From the NCBI GenBank assembly GCA_015063035.1, contig SUTG01000015.1, positions 8,389-40,388 on the forward strand: a stretch of 32,000 bases of DNA. The letters run 5' to 3'. This document shows positions 31,176 to 32,000 of the stretch, one piece after another. The notes under the pieces are model-generated. The model was not told the DNA's origin, did not search any database, and was given only the letters and a program-made list of their open reading frames with translations. The position numbers and the translations under genes were made by a program. Every line of letters begins with the position of its first letter. Position 1 is the stretch's first letter. The stretch is from Methanobrevibacter olleyae (lineage in GTDB: Archaea; Methanobacteriota; Methanobacteria; Methanobacteriales; Methanobacteriaceae).

Positions 31176-32000
31176 ATGGATATTATTCAAGCAATGATCA
31201 TTGGACTTGTCCAAGGATTAACTGAATTTCTGCCTGTAAGCAGTTCCGCTCATTTGATTTTTGCCCAACAGGCATTAGGTGTCGGGGACGTTGGACTCGC
31301 TTTTGATGTGTTGATGCATGTAGGAACCCTTGTGGCTGTAATAGTGTATTTCTTTAATGATATTGTGAATATGATTAAAGGATTCCTTTTAAGTCTTGTT
31401 GACTTAAAGGAAGGGAAATTCATGGGAGAAATCAAAAAAGACCCTTACAAGAAATTGGCTTGGCTTACAATATTGGCCACAATCCCTATAGGAATTGTAG
31501 GAGTCTTGTTTAACGATATTGTAGAATCAATGTTTCATGGATTGACCATACCAGCATTCCTATTATTAATAACCGGTTGCCTTTTATATGTGTCCCAAAG
31601 AATGAACAGCGGCAGAATAGATGTTAGAAACATGACCATTAAAGAAGCTCTTATCATGGGATGCGGACAGGCATTGGCTATTTTGCCGGGGCTTTCCCGT
31701 TCCGGTACCACAATAGCTGCAGGATTGTTTGCAGGATTGGATAAGGAATTTGCCGCTAAATTCAGTTTCATCTTATCAATTCCAGCAATCTTAGGTGCAG
31801 CGGTTTTCCAACTCAAGGACTTAAGTGGAGGAAGCGTTGAAATAAGTGCTTGCATTGCAGGATTTGTCGTTGCAGTTATTTCCGGATACTTGGCTATAAG
31901 CGTATTGCTTAAGATCGTTAGAGAAAAAAGCCTGGACATATTCGCATACTACTGTTGGATTGTAGGATTAATAGTGCTGGTTGGAAGTTTAATACTCTAA
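31176..32000 (+). CDS. uppP: Undecaprenyl-diphosphate phosphatase (BacA/UppP family), complete with stop at the last window base
   Basis: MDIIQAMIIGLVQGLTEFLPVSSSAHLIFAQQALG and ALAILPGLSRSGTTIAAGLFAGLDKEFAAKFSFILSIPAILGA. Confidence 0.95.
   Translation: MDIIQAMIIGLVQGLTEFLPVSSSAHLIFAQQALGVGDVGLAFDVLMHVGTLVAVIVYFFNDIVNMIKGFLLSLVDLKEGKFMGEIKKDPYKKLAWLTILATIPIGIVGVLFNDIVESMFHGLTIPAFLLLITGCLLYVSQRMNSGRIDVRNMTIKEALIMGCGQALAILPGLSRSGTTIAAGLFAGLDKEFAAKFSFILSIPAILGAAVFQLKDLSGGSVEISACIAGFVVAVISGYLAISVLLKIVREKSLDIFAYYCWIVGLIVLVGSLIL

Overview
This 32 kb window looks like the chromosome of a gut-type Methanobrevibacter-like archaeon (Methanobacteriales). The lineage is inferred from pseudomurein-type Mur ligases, Hef, the Kae1-Bud32 fusion, archaeal S15/RecJ, AT richness and an adhesin-like protein. 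Most of it is housekeeping on the minus strand: partial bioA, bioD, bioB, trmI, hef, two Mur ligase family genes, a VapBC-type toxin-antitoxin pair, an aconitase-X large subunit, a cysteine-synthase-like gene, a RecJ-like DHH protein, rpsO/S15, an XTP/dITP pyrophosphatase, kae1-bud32, an Sm-like protein, surE, archaeal thymidylate synthase and two tandem tRNA-Val(UAC). On the plus strand are cobT-like, an Mrr-like membrane protein, ilvE and uppP. The biotin genes are separated by an accessory island holding a tannase-like secreted alpha/beta hydrolase with an in-frame 42-bp repeat insert, a beta-helix adhesin-like protein and an Rpn/PD-(D/E)XK-like protein. I found no convincing new multi-gene defence system. 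The most notable items are: (1) a perfect 50-bp tandem duplication that frameshifts an Rpn-like gene and whose removal restores a 307-aa ORF; (2) several independent short tandem duplications of 39-50 bp, one forming the leader of bioA; (3) a three-helix membrane-anchored Mrr-like protein with an apparently altered catalytic motif (ACK instead of (E/Q)XK); (4) recurrent hairpin plus T-tract structures at gene 3' ends; (5) palindromes upstream of ilvE and the cysteine-synthase-like gene; (6) an unlisted 48-aa ORF with a strong ribosome-binding site.
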